In this document: piece after piece, positions 47,701 to 55,966 of the stretch
Layout: each line of letters opens with the position of its first letter
Position numbering within the stretch: the stretch's first letter is position 1
DNA from: Candidatus Omnitrophota bacterium
Lineage (GTDB): Bacteria; Omnitrophota; Omnitrophia; Omnitrophales; JACQQS01
Direction of reading: 5' to 3'
Length of the DNA: 62,639 bases
Assembly (NCBI GenBank): GCA_016206925.1
Contig: JACQQS010000055.1
Coordinates: 1 to 62,639, forward strand
Translations under genes and position numbers: made by a program
The notes under the pieces: generated by a model
Seen by the model: only the letters and a program-made list of their open reading frames with translations
The model's database searches: none
What the model was told of the DNA's origin: nothing

Positions 47701-48075
47701 GATCTCGTAGCTACGGAAGGAACGGCTGCCCATTTGAAATCGCAGGGAATTCCGGTGAACAGCGTGAAAAAAATTGCGGAGGGGCGCCCTAACATTGCGG
47801 ATCTACTAAAGAGCGGGACGGTTAAGCTTCTTATCGTTACACCTGTGGGAAAAGGGCCCGCCTTGGATGAGGCAAAAATTCGCTCTCTCGCGGTGATGCA
47901 CGAAATTCCGTCATTGACCACCATTAATGCCGCAAAGGCGGCGCTTAGCGGGATGCGGGCCTACCGTGAAAAAGGCGTAACGGTCCGCGCTTTGCAGGAT
48001 TACCATGCGGCCATGAAACGTGACAGAATATCGAACGTCCGGAACTCTGGCCGCTTAGAGTCCCGACATGCGTAA
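44716..48075 (+). CDS. carB: Carbamoyl-phosphate synthase large subunit
   Basis: 1119 aa. Duplicated ATP-grasp halves ([21 protein letters not shown] and [20 protein letters not shown]). MGS-like C-terminus. Confidence 0.95.
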   Translation: MPKRTDIKKILIIGSGPIIIGQACEFDYSGTQACKALKEEGYEVVLINSNPATIMTDPDLADRTYIEPITAEFLEKIIKKEKPDACLPTMGGQTGLNTAVRAYETGVFEKYGVELIGAKYEVIRKAEDREAFKKAMLKIGLAVPKSQFAYSVEEALSIGDRMGYPMVVRPSFTLGGFGSGVCFNREELERTARFGLEYSMNHEILVEESVLGWKEYELEVMRDLKNNVVIVCSIENFDPMGVHTGDSITVAPAQTLTDKEYQRMRDAALAIIREIGVETGGSNIQFAVNPKNGDMVVIEMNPRVSRSSALASKATGFPIAKFAAKLAVGLTLDEIPNDITKYTPASFEPAIDYCIVKIPRFAFEKFPGVNSELTTSMKSVGETMAIGRTFKEALQKGLRSLEIKRFGLGADGKDQVFDVKLETRGKLFDFIKNAPDDSELRRKIRSYIGTAREDRLFYIKYAYYAGMSTEEIHDASKIDPWFLENIKQIIDVERGLIDAAETVNLTETKESTKELIRLAKRTGFSDRQLAFLWGSDEKSIRELRLSLNVRAVFKLVDTCAAEFAAFTPYYYSTYEDENEAVASEKKKIMILGGGPNRIGQGIEFDYCCCQAAMALRELGYETIMVNSNPETVSTDYDTSDKLFFEPLTREDILNICDAQKPEGIIVQLGGQTPLNLSASLEEAGIKILGTSAHSIEAAEDRDKFNKIISKLKIRQPDNGIALNADDACRVAAKVGYPVVIRPSFVLGGRAMEIVYDEEQLRQYMRDAVEASDEHPILIDRFLEDALEIDVDLIGDGETFVVGAVMEHIEEAGIHSGDSAMVIPPHSLSKEKVKEIIQKTELLAKELNIKGLMNVQYAIKGGEVYCLEVNPRASRTVPFVSKAIGIPLARIAACVMAGKRLKELGFTEEIIPPHVSVKESVFPFIKFPGVDIILSPEMKSTGEVMGIDSNFGQAFYKSQDSAWCRLPDKGTVFMSVKDADKPKIVPIAKGLAELGFDLVATEGTAAHLKSQGIPVNSVKKIAEGRPNIADLLKSGTVKLLIVTPVGKGPALDEAKIRSLAVMHEIPSLTTINAAKAALSGMRAYREKGVTVRALQDYHAAMKRDRISNVRNSGRLESRHA

Positions 48076-48823
48076 GGAACGTATTGAAGTTGTTGAAAAT
48101 GTCGGCGTTTCTCAGTCATTCTACCGGTTAACACTTCGATCCTCCTTTATTGCAGATCGGTCTCGTCCGGGTCATTTTCTTCAGATGCGCGTGTCCGAAT
48201 CTTACGATCCCTTTCTGGCGCGGCCTATGAGTATTTGCCGCGTTCGCCGCGATTTAGTGGATATACTCTATATCGTAGTAGGGGCGGGAACGCGCGTCCT
48301 TTCTTCGATTAAGCCTGGAATGAAACTGGATGTTTGGGGCCCGCTCGGAACTATTTTTACGCCTATGCCAAAGAAAAAATTGATTTACGTAAGCGGCGGC
48401 GTCGGCGTGGCTCCCATGATTTTTTTAGCTTCTCAAATGCCCGTCGAGGCTTTCCTGTTTGGCGTTAGAACTGCGGCTGATTTACTTCCGTTAAGCGAAT
48501 TGGGAATTGATAAATCCCGCCTGCATGTTTCATCCAATGACGGATCGGTTGGTGAGAAAGGTTACATTACGGATGTTTTTGACCGTCTGGCGAAAAATAT
48601 GAATCCAAGAGAATATTTTGTTTACACGTGTGGGCCCGATCCCATGATGCGCCTGATTGTCAAAACAGCGAAAGAAAAAGGGCTGTCGGGGGAGGCGAGT
48701 ATGGAAGAAGTGATGGCCTGTGGCGTGGGCGCGTGTCTTGGCTGCGTTATGGACACTAAGCGCGGGCGAATTACCGTTTGCCATGAAGGCCCCGTTCTTC
48801 CTTTTGATGTGCTGACATGGTAG
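48068..48823 (+). CDS. pyrK: Dihydroorotate dehydrogenase (class 1B) electron-transfer subunit
   Basis: 251 aa. C-terminal 2Fe-2S motif [10 protein letters not shown]. Overlaps carB and pyrD. Confidence 0.85.
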   Translation: MRKERIEVVENVGVSQSFYRLTLRSSFIADRSRPGHFLQMRVSESYDPFLARPMSICRVRRDLVDILYIVVGAGTRVLSSIKPGMKLDVWGPLGTIFTPMPKKKLIYVSGGVGVAPMIFLASQMPVEAFLFGVRTAADLLPLSELGIDKSRLHVSSNDGSVGEKGYITDVFDRLAKNMNPREYFVYTCGPDPMMRLIVKTAKEKGLSGEASMEEVMACGVGACLGCVMDTKRGRITVCHEGPVLPFDVLTW

Positions 48824-49725
48824 AGCTGACAACAAAAATTGGTGATCTGGTATTCAAGAATCCGGTAACGGTGGCTTCGGGAACTTTCGGAGTAAAGGAT
48901 GAGTTCGCCCCTTATTTTGATTATGCGCTGATGGGCGGCGTTATCACCAAGACCGTTACGACAAAACCCCGCGAAGGTAATGCGATGCCGCGCATTTGTG
49001 AAACTTCTGCCGGCATGCTCAATGCGATCGGATTGCAGAACAAAGGCGTAGAAGCATTTCTGAAAGACGTGATTCCATATTTTAGGAGTATTGACACCCA
49101 TTTGATTGTTAATGTCGCCGGAAAATCAGCCGAGGAATTCGCCGAAGCGGCAAGACCATTTTCCGGCGAGGCGACGGTGAAAGCCCTTGAATTAAATCTG
49201 TCCTGTCCTAATGTTTCCGGCGGTCTTGACTTCAGCAAAAATGCGCTCGAAGCTAAAAAAGTCATTCGTGCGGTACGGGCTGTTACTACAAAGCTGCTTT
49301 TCGCCAAGCTGACTCCGGAAGCGGAGAATGTTGTCTCTATCGCCGAGGCCGTCATGGAGGCTGGCGCCGATGGTGTAAGCCTTATCAATACGCTTGTCGG
49401 AATGGCCGTAAATTTGCGTGAGAAAAGGCCGTCGCTTGCCAATATTACCGGAGGTTTGAGCGGCCCGGCCATTAAACCCATTGCCATGCGGCATGTTTTT
49501 GAGGTGAAACGAAAACTTAGGGTTCCCGTGATTGCCATGGGCGGGATAACAACAGCGAAGGATGCGCTTGAATTTCTTCTGGTGGGCGCCGATTTAATTT
49601 CTGTTGGAACGGCTAATTTTATCAATCCGATGGCTGCGCCGGAAATCGTTCAGGGCATTCGGGAATATTTGGAGAAAGAAGGCGTTAAATCGGTCGGCGA
49701 TTTTCGCGGGACACTCAAGCTATGA
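48817..49725 (+). CDS. pyrD: Dihydroorotate dehydrogenase (class 1B) catalytic subunit
   Basis: 302 aa. Motifs ELNLSCPN and GGITTAKDALEF. Confidence 0.9.
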   Translation: MVELTTKIGDLVFKNPVTVASGTFGVKDEFAPYFDYALMGGVITKTVTTKPREGNAMPRICETSAGMLNAIGLQNKGVEAFLKDVIPYFRSIDTHLIVNVAGKSAEEFAEAARPFSGEATVKALELNLSCPNVSGGLDFSKNALEAKKVIRAVRAVTTKLLFAKLTPEAENVVSIAEAVMEAGADGVSLINTLVGMAVNLREKRPSLANITGGLSGPAIKPIAMRHVFEVKRKLRVPVIAMGGITTAKDALEFLLVGADLISVGTANFINPMAAPEIVQGIREYLEKEGVKSVGDFRGTLKL

Positions 49726-50429
49726 ATTACGCCGATCGAATCATTGTTGCTTTGGACACGGATTCCCTAAAGGAAGCCGAAGGCTGGCTCAAAGTTTTCG
49801 GCGCTCGCATGAAACATTTCAAAATCGGCAGCCCGCTTTTTACGGCCTGCGGCCGGAGGGCCATTGAAATGGTGAAGAAGAGAGGCGGTGATGTATTTCT
49901 CGATTTAAAATTTCATGATATTCCGAGCACCGTTGCAAAAGCCGTAACATCGGCACAGAAGCTCGGTGTTTGGATGCTGAATGTTCACGCTTCCGGGGGA
50001 AAGAAAATGATGGAAGCGGCAAGGCGGGCTGTGGAGGATACCGACCCGGATGATCGCCCGATGGTTGTGGCCGTTACCGTGTTGACCAGTATGTCGGAAA
50101 GCGATTTGTCCTCAACCGGAATAAACCGAAGTCTTAAGGATCAAGTAAAACATTTTGCAGCGCTTGCGGATGAATCGGGCCTTGACGGTGTGGTGGCATC
50201 GGCGGAGGAAGTCGAAATCATTAAACAGCATGTGGGCAAGGATTTTTTGGTCGTAACTCCAGGCGTGCGTCCGGCGTGGGCAGATTCTGACGATCAATCC
50301 AGAATAGTTACTCCAAAGAAAGCGTTTGAATTAGGCGCGGATTATGTTGTCATCGGAAGACCCTTGACACAGGCCAAAGACCCTCAAGCGGCCTGCGAAA
50401 GGCTCTTACAAGAGCTCTTCGTTCAATAA
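49722..50429 (+). CDS. pyrF: Orotidine-5'-phosphate decarboxylase
   Basis: 235 aa. Motifs VALD, DLKFHDIP and VIGRP. Confidence 0.9.
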   Translation: MNYADRIIVALDTDSLKEAEGWLKVFGARMKHFKIGSPLFTACGRRAIEMVKKRGGDVFLDLKFHDIPSTVAKAVTSAQKLGVWMLNVHASGGKKMMEAARRAVEDTDPDDRPMVVAVTVLTSMSESDLSSTGINRSLKDQVKHFAALADESGLDGVVASAEEVEIIKQHVGKDFLVVTPGVRPAWADSDDQSRIVTPKKAFELGADYVVIGRPLTQAKDPQAACERLLQELFVQ

Positions 50430-50458
50430 CTACTTCATAAATTACTTCATAAGTATCG

Positions 50459-50487
50459 TTGACTGCTTAATTGCTTAACAATACAAT
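50459..50487 (+). promoter_or_regulatory. sigma70-type promoter upstream of yicC-remA-gmk-rpoZ-coaC/B
   Basis: TTGACT (50459..50464), a 17-nt spacer, then TACAAT (50482..50487). Confidence 0.55.
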
Positions 50488-50511
50488 ACTTTGCTTTGGC
50501 GAGGTATATTT

Positions 50512-51384
50512 ATGCTTTACAGCATGACCGGTTATGGACAGGCAAAATCGCGTATCGGCGGGCGCTCATGCGCGGTGGAACTGCGCTCGGTGAATCACCG
50601 TTATCTTGACATATCGGTACGACTGCCCGCTTCGCTCAACTCTTTTGAATCGGAACTTCGAAAGCTGATTGGGGAGAAGCTCAAGCGGGGCAAAATCAAC
50701 GTCTGCTTTAATTGGAATGGCGCAAACGACGTTGAGCTTGAAATTGACGCGAAACGTATCGCTTATTACGTGCGGAAACTTAGAAGTATCGGCCGCAGCC
50801 TCAAGCTGGATCCGGCGTTTTCGGTTTCCGACTTGGTAAACTTGCCCAATGCGTTTTCGAGCAATTCCGAAAAGAAAATCAGCGGCCGCGAATGGGTGCT
50901 TGCGCGGGGATTGGTCAGAAAGGCATTGACACGGCTTTTGGAAATGCGGGCGCGGGAAGGCGCGCAGCTTGTGAGGGATGTAGAGAATAGGTTGAAAAAG
51001 ATTAGGCAGGCCGTTGCGGTGATCGGCAAGCTTTCGAAGCAGCTTCCGAACCTTTACAAGGAAAAGTTGTCAAAGCGTATTGAGGAGTTATCCGGCGGGG
51101 TCTGTTTGGACCCGGAGGCGCTTGCCAAAGAAGTGGCGCTTTTTGCGGATCGGTCGGATATTACGGAAGAACTGGTGCGTTTGGATCACCATTTGCGTTT
51201 TTTCCGGAAGACTTTGCACGATGTGGGAGAAGTGGGCAAGCGCCTGGATTTTATTTCACAGGAGATTCATCGCGAAACAAATACCATGGCGTCCAAGTCC
51301 GCTCATCATCAAATTCAGAAATATGTGATCTCGATCAAGACGGAAGTTGAGAAAATTCGAGAACAAATCCAAAACATAGAGTAA
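50512..51384 (+). CDS. yicC: YicC-family stress-induced protein
   Basis: Start moved to ATG 50512 (MLYSMTGYGQA). C-terminal pattern LDFISQEIHRETNTMASKS. Confidence 0.8.
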   Translation: MLYSMTGYGQAKSRIGGRSCAVELRSVNHRYLDISVRLPASLNSFESELRKLIGEKLKRGKINVCFNWNGANDVELEIDAKRIAYYVRKLRSIGRSLKLDPAFSVSDLVNLPNAFSSNSEKKISGREWVLARGLVRKALTRLLEMRAREGAQLVRDVENRLKKIRQAVAVIGKLSKQLPNLYKEKLSKRIEELSGGVCLDPEALAKEVALFADRSDITEELVRLDHHLRFFRKTLHDVGEVGKRLDFISQEIHRETNTMASKSAHHQIQKYVISIKTEVEKIREQIQNIE

Positions 51385-51648
51385 ATGGGCTCGTTTTCCT
51401 TAAATATCGGATACAACAACAGCGTGTCGAAGGCGCGTATTGTTGCTGTTATTGCGGCGGAAGCTGCGCCCACGAAGCGCTTAAGAGATGATGCCCGGAA
51501 GGCGGGCCGTCTGATTGATGCGACCAACGGAAGAAAAACACGGAGCGTTATCGTCATGGATACGTCGCACGTCGTGCTTTCGGCGCTGGAACCTGTTACG
51601 ATATCCGAACGGATGGATGCCGATGCCGGCGCGTTTCCGCAAGGCTAG
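51385..51648 (+). CDS. remA: DUF370 / RemA-family regulator
   Basis: 87 aa. NIGYNNSV...RIVAVIAAEAAPTKRL...GRLIDATNGRKTRSVIVMDTSHVVLSAL matches the RemA pattern. Confidence 0.8.
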   Translation: MGSFSLNIGYNNSVSKARIVAVIAAEAAPTKRLRDDARKAGRLIDATNGRKTRSVIVMDTSHVVLSALEPVTISERMDADAGAFPQG

Positions 51649-52225
51649 AGGAGGACTTTTAATTGTTCTTTCCGCCCCGTCGGGAGCGGGCAAGACAACG
51701 GTTGTTAACAAATGGCTTCAGAAAGACCGGAGATTATGGCGTTCTGTATCAGCAACAACGCGCCCGCGGCGAAATGGCGAAAGGAACGGCAGGGATTATT
51801 TTTTCCTGTCAAAATCACAGTTTGTTCGTAAAATAAAAACTGGTCAGTTTCTGGAGTGGGCGCGGGTCTTTGGTAGTTATTACGGAACCCCCCGTGGTCC
51901 GGTTCGGCGCCGCCGCCTGAAAGGTTATGACGTTGTTCTGGTCATCGACGTAAAAGGTGCTTTTAAGGTGATGCGCGAGCAGAAGGTTTTTTCCATTTTT
52001 CTAATGCCCCCGTCGTTAAAAGAACTCGCGCGGCGACTAGGGGGGCGGAATACGGACTCATCGAATGAACAGAGGAAGCGACTTTCACTTGCGAAAAAGG
52101 AAATGACTTACGCCCGGCATTATGATGCGGTGGTGGTGAATCGCAAGTTGGGCTGGACCGTTTCGGAAATAATGGATTTGGTTAAGAAAGCTCGACTGGG
52201 TTTAAATAATTCACTGTTAAATTGA
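51617..52225 (+). CDS. gmk: Guanylate kinase
   Basis: P-loop SAPSGAGKTT. Start uncertain (ATG 51617 or 51623); it overlaps the remA 3' end by ~30 nt. Confidence 0.85.
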   Translation: MPMPARFRKARGGLLIVLSAPSGAGKTTVVNKWLQKDRRLWRSVSATTRPRRNGERNGRDYFFLSKSQFVRKIKTGQFLEWARVFGSYYGTPRGPVRRRRLKGYDVVLVIDVKGAFKVMREQKVFSIFLMPPSLKELARRLGGRNTDSSNEQRKRLSLAKKEMTYARHYDAVVVNRKLGWTVSEIMDLVKKARLGLNNSLLN

Positions 52226-52240
52226 GAAGGAGAAAGAAAT

Positions 52241-52471
52241 ATGGCGTATATCGCGCTGGAAAAGCTCACAAAGCAGAATAAAAGTTTATTCCGACTTGTT
52301 TTGGCCGCCGCCGACCGGGCCAACGAAATTAATTCGGGCGCGAAGCCGCTGATAGAAACGGCTTCAAAAAACCCCACAAGTACCGCCCTGCAGGAATTTG
52401 CCGAAGGAAAGGTTTGTTATGAAGAGATCGCACAGCCGCAGGAACAACCCAAGCCCGCAGAAGAAGCGTAA
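52241..52471 (+). CDS. rpoZ: DNA-directed RNA polymerase omega subunit
   Basis: 76 aa. Matches the pattern NKSLFRLVLAAADRANEI. Confidence 0.8.
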   Translation: MAYIALEKLTKQNKSLFRLVLAAADRANEINSGAKPLIETASKNPTSTALQEFAEGKVCYEEIAQPQEQPKPAEEA

Positions 52472-53000
52472 GACGGTTATCTTTGGATTGACCGGCAGCA
52501 TAGCTTGCTACAAAGCTTGTGACGTTATCTCGAACCTTGCTTTTGAAAGCTGCAAAGTCATCTGTGTCCTCACCCAAGGCGCAAAGCAGTTTATCACCCC
52601 GCTTACTTTGGCGTCACTCAGCGGTCATCCGGTCTATGAAGATCAATTCATGGAACCGCCTTTTTCCGAACCGCTTCACACGCGGCTGGCCCGCGAAGCC
52701 GATTTGGTTGTCATAGCACCGGCAACCGCCAACATGATTGCCAAGATCGCTGCGGGGCTTGCCGACGACCTTTTAACCAGCATTGTGTTGGCTACTCGCG
52801 CAGATATACTTATTGCTCCGGCCATGAACGAACAAATGTGGCTTAATCCTTTTACCCAGGAGAATGTTCGTAAGCTCAAACAAGGGGGCATGCATTTTAT
52901 CGATCCTGTCAGGGGGCATCTTGTCTGCCAAATTGAAGGTGTAGGCCACATTGCGGAAGCGGAAATCATCACCGCCCAGATCAAAGAACTCCTCAAGTGA
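52419..53000 (+). CDS. coaC: Phosphopantothenoylcysteine decarboxylase (flavoprotein domain, CoaC part of CoaBC)
   Basis: Start at ATG 52419 (ggaaagg upstream). Motifs GLTGSIACYKA and APATANMIAKIAAGLADDLL. Ends at TGA 52998..53000. Confidence 0.8.
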   Translation: MKRSHSRRNNPSPQKKRKTVIFGLTGSIACYKACDVISNLAFESCKVICVLTQGAKQFITPLTLASLSGHPVYEDQFMEPPFSEPLHTRLAREADLVVIAPATANMIAKIAAGLADDLLTSIVLATRADILIAPAMNEQMWLNPFTQENVRKLKQGGMHFIDPVRGHLVCQIEGVGHIAEAEIITAQIKELLK

Positions 53001-53643
53001 CCCTATCCGGGTTGTCGTTACAGCCGGTCCTACGAGGGCTTTTATCGATCCGGTGCGTTACATATCGAATCTTTCCACGGGGCGCATGGGTTATGAAATA
53101 GCCCGTCAGGCGGCAACGCGTAAAAACTTTCGCGTTACTTTAATCTCAGGTCCTGCGGCCTTAAGAACGCCCCCCCGTGTGCGTTTGATTCCTATTGTAA
53201 CCTCGAATGAATTGGAAAAGGCGGTCATGAAGGAAATTAAGGCGGCTGATATTTTGATTATGACGGCCGCTGTTAATGATTACGTGCCCGTTCGTGTTAT
53301 GAAGAGGAAGCTTCGCAGAAAGCAGAATTCCGTCACGCTGAAACTTCGCCGTGCAAACGATATTGTTGCGCGTGTGGCCCGATTATCCACCAAACCGGTC
53401 GTCGTGGGATTTTCACTCGAAACGGAAAACGTCACCGCGTATACCCGCGCGAAACTAAAGAGAAAAAATTTAGACTTGATGGTTGGTAACCAGTATTCGA
53501 GGCGAGAAAATCCGTTTGGTAACCGTAAGCCGAGTGTTTTAATAGTAGACCGAAGCGGTGAAAGTATTCGACTGCCGAAACAGTCTAAAGAACGGATCGC
53601 GCGCCATGTCCTGTCAAAAGCATTAGCGTTTCTTAGAAAGTAG
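52951..53643 (+). CDS. coaB: Phosphopantothenate-cysteine ligase (CoaB part of CoaBC), in the +1 frame relative to coaC
   Basis: Motifs VVVTAGPTRAFIDPVRYISNLSTGRMG and MTAAVNDY. The only in-frame start is TTG 52951, a 50-nt overlap with coaC. Confidence 0.7.
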   Translation: MRKRKSSPPRSKNSSSDPIRVVVTAGPTRAFIDPVRYISNLSTGRMGYEIARQAATRKNFRVTLISGPAALRTPPRVRLIPIVTSNELEKAVMKEIKAADILIMTAAVNDYVPVRVMKRKLRRKQNSVTLKLRRANDIVARVARLSTKPVVVGFSLETENVTAYTRAKLKRKNLDLMVGNQYSRRENPFGNRKPSVLIVDRSGESIRLPKQSKERIARHVLSKALAFLRK

Positions 53644-53688
53644 GCGGGGCTTACGGTGTAGTCACGTAGGCGGGGCTTCCAGCCCCGC
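53640..53688. repeat. Tandem 13-mer gtaggcggggctt (x2, 26-nt period) ending in a GC-rich hairpin
   Basis: Copies at 53640..53652 and 53666..53678. The hairpin gcggggc ttcca gccccgc lies at 53670..53688, with no T-run. Confidence 0.6.
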
Positions 53689-53719
53689 GTACCATGCAAC
53701 GATTAAGTTGAAAAAATAT

Positions 53720-53791
53720 GGCGCAGTCGCCAAGTGGGAAGGCGTCAGTCTGCAAAACTGACATGAGGCGGTTCGATTCCGCCCTGCGCCT
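53720..53791 (+). tRNA. tRNA-Cys (GCA)
   Basis: Acceptor ggcgcag/ctgcgcc. Anticodon stem tcagt/actga with loop ctGCAaa. T arm ggcgg ttcgatt ccgcc. Discriminator U. No encoded CCA. Confidence 0.85.
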
Positions 53792-53804
53792 CCGTGTTTG
53801 TAAG

Positions 53805-53937
53805 AAACCAGAGGGTGGGTGAAGAAGAGAGACGAAGGAAGATAGACGATAGACGAGGGAAAAACAGACGGAATCCTCCGATTTATCTCTCTGGTTTATC
53901 CAATTTTTTTTCGTCTATCTTCACTGTCTCTCGTCGG
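53805..53937. repeat. Purine-rich / pyrimidine-rich interleaved inverted repeats between the two tRNAs
   Basis: aaaccagag (53805..53813) pairs with ctctggttt (53889..53897). gaagatagacga (53838..53849) pairs with tcgtctatcttc (53911..53922). The word agacga recurs. Confidence 0.55.
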
Positions 53938-53983
53938 TTTTTGAATCTGAGAGTAACATCAGCATGATGGTCCTCCCGTTCAT

Positions 53984-54069
53984 GCCGGGGTGGCGAAATT
54001 GGCAGACGCATGGGACTTAAAATCCCAAGGAGAGAAATCTCCATGCCGGTTCGAGTCCGGCCCTCGGCA
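53984..54069 (+). tRNA. tRNA-Leu (TAA), type II with long variable arm
   Basis: Acceptor gccgggg/cctcggc. Anticodon stem tggga/tccca with loop ctTAAaa. Variable arm ggaga gaaa tctcc. T arm gccgg ttcgagt ccggc. Discriminator A. Confidence 0.85.
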
Positions 54070-54430
54070 ATTCCTATCGATAATGGCTGACCCCAACTTA
54101 AACAGGCTAATTTTAACTACTTTAAAAAAGTGTGAATTTAATTAAACTTTATGCTGTTTTATCGGATTCATGCTTATGAAGTGTAAAATATTTTTAGACT
54201 TTTTAAATTATTAAATATGTTTATGAACCTCTAAACTTGCAGGCATATTCGCCGTGTGCTAGAGTTCAAATGGTGTATAAGTTTGGAAATTTTAACCATA
54301 ATTTCAAAGGCAAGGGATTGCCTGGATTTGCCGTTACATATTAAGTAAACCGCTGCTTGGGATGGCTTCATAAATAGATAAGTGGAGCATGGAACCTCAC
54401 GTGAGTTTCCAGAAAAGGAGGAATTCGAGA

Positions 54431-54601
54431 ATGAATAAATTGAGAAAATGGTTTCGTAGCAAAAAAGGGCAGGGCATGGTTGAATACGCGCTTATCCTTG
54501 TCTTAATTGCAATTGTGTCTATCGCACTTCTCACCGGCCTTGGCGGTCAGGTGAACAAGGCATTTGTCAAGGTGAATAACGCTTTGACAGCTGCTACATA
54601 A
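54431..54601 (+). CDS. flp: Flp/Fap-family type IVb pilin
   Basis: Start at ATG 54431 (aaggagg upstream). 56 aa. The Flp motif G-x4-EY appears as GQGMVEYALILVLIAIV. Confidence 0.85.
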   Translation: MNKLRKWFRSKKGQGMVEYALILVLIAIVSIALLTGLGGQVNKAFVKVNNALTAAT

Positions 54602-54627
54602 GGAAAATGCGATTGGATTTTGATTTG

Positions 54628-54663
54628 TCCATGGCGATTGGGTTAACTCCCAGTCGCCATGGA
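54628..54663 (+). promoter_or_regulatory. Long hairpin between flp and the assembly genes (processing/attenuation candidate)
   Basis: tccatggcga (54628..54637) pairs with tcgccatgga (54654..54663), a perfect 10 bp, with a further tggg/ccca inside. No T-run follows. Confidence 0.4.
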
Positions 54664-54775
54664 GCTGGTCTTTCGGTATCACAGAGGAGATTACAGACTT
54701 AGATCGATCGGATTCGCGGGAAACGGATTTGTAAAATATAGCTTCCGCGGGCAAAGAGGGGTGGAAGAAATTTTT

Positions 54776-55450
54776 ATGTTTCCGGTTAATATCAAAGATT
54801 TATTGGGAAGTAAAATGAATTCAAAAGATGAAGATTCCTCTTTTTTAGAATTTATTTTTTCGAGTCGAAAGAAACAATTTTCAAAAGGTTTACCAAGCAT
54901 AAGAGGATCAGCACTGGCTGAATTTGCCCTTGCGCTTCCGGTGCTCGTTGTGTTTGTGACGCTGACTCATCAAGTTTGGAATACGATCGAAGTACATAAA
55001 GCGCTGGATGACACTGCTCGTGAAGCGGCACGATTTGCCAGTCTCCAGATTCCTCCTATGGCCACAATAACGCCGGCTGTTCAACAGTATGTTGCTAATA
55101 CGCTCGTACCCAACTCGAAATTAAAAGCATACGATCCCTCCAAGATCACTGTGGGTGTTGAGCGCTTAGGCAGCACCCCTGGAACTCCGGAAGACACCGT
55201 TCCGAAGGGCACCGTCAATCCGGGAGATGTTTTGAGGGTATCTGTTGGTTTGGCGGCAAACCAGCCCGGTGGATTCTATTCATATCTATTCCCCAGTGCG
55301 TCTTCGATCGTGCGCAGTGCTTCGTATGTCCAAGCCAATCCGGTGACAGGCGTTCCTGAACCTACACCTACGCCTTCTGGCCCGGGTTGCTGTGCTACGG
55401 ATGAATTTGGAAATTGTATCGAATTGTGTTGTGAGCCGCCGGATTGTTAA
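54776..55450 (+). CDS. TadE-like pseudopilin with Cys-rich C-terminal tail
   Basis: TadE N-terminal segment RGSALAEFALALPVLVVFV. Start uncertain (54776 or 54815). Ends CCATDEFGNCIELCCEPPDC. Confidence 0.7.
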   Translation: MFPVNIKDLLGSKMNSKDEDSSFLEFIFSSRKKQFSKGLPSIRGSALAEFALALPVLVVFVTLTHQVWNTIEVHKALDDTAREAARFASLQIPPMATITPAVQQYVANTLVPNSKLKAYDPSKITVGVERLGSTPGTPEDTVPKGTVNPGDVLRVSVGLAANQPGGFYSYLFPSASSIVRSASYVQANPVTGVPEPTPTPSGPGCCATDEFGNCIELCCEPPDC

Positions 55451-55497
55451 CAAATAAGTGTTCTACGATTGGTTTTTACAAAGCTGAGGTTATTCGA

Positions 55498-55950
55498 ATG
55501 ACAGTCAATGCAGCCAAAAAGAAAAAAAATAAGCTTTTTACGAAATCGGGCGTGGAGGTCGTCGAATTTGCCATTGTGTTTCCGCTTTTCGCCATTATGG
55601 CTCTGGGTTCGGTCGAAGTGGGCTGGCTGCTCTATCAGCAGAGCGTTCTGGATTATGCAACCAGACAAGGCGCCCGCTACGCTTCGGTTGATACCGCAAG
55701 CGCATTGAAAGCCGGCATTTCGTCCGACGTTTCAGCACAAGCTGAGGCGGTGATCATAAATACCGTCACGGGATTCGGGGGGACTGCCCCCACAAATATA
55801 TATCTTAAGATGCCTTGGCCTAATGGCCGCACGTTTGCATTGGTAGCGGAAGAAACCTACACGCCGGTAATGGGAAAACTTATTCCGGCTATTTCCAACA
55901 TTTCCATGATCAAATCAACAGTAACCATGTACTGCGAAGCATGCGGATAA
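55498..55950 (+). CDS. TadE/TadF-like pseudopilin
   Basis: Start at ATG 55498 (gaggt upstream). Motif SGVEVVEFAIVFPLFAIMALG. Confidence 0.7.
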   Translation: MTVNAAKKKKNKLFTKSGVEVVEFAIVFPLFAIMALGSVEVGWLLYQQSVLDYATRQGARYASVDTASALKAGISSDVSAQAEAVIINTVTGFGGTAPTNIYLKMPWPNGRTFALVAEETYTPVMGKLIPAISNISMIKSTVTMYCEACG

Positions 55951-55966
55951 GCGGGAGAACGGAAAA

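Noticed and set aside
51646-51665. The strong SD-like agaggagg inside the gmk 5' region was considered as evidence for a later gmk start.
   Set aside because: No ATG/GTG/TTG lies in frame at suitable spacing (the next in-frame codons are ctt, tta, att). The upstream ATGs at 51617/51623 keep the full P-loop context.
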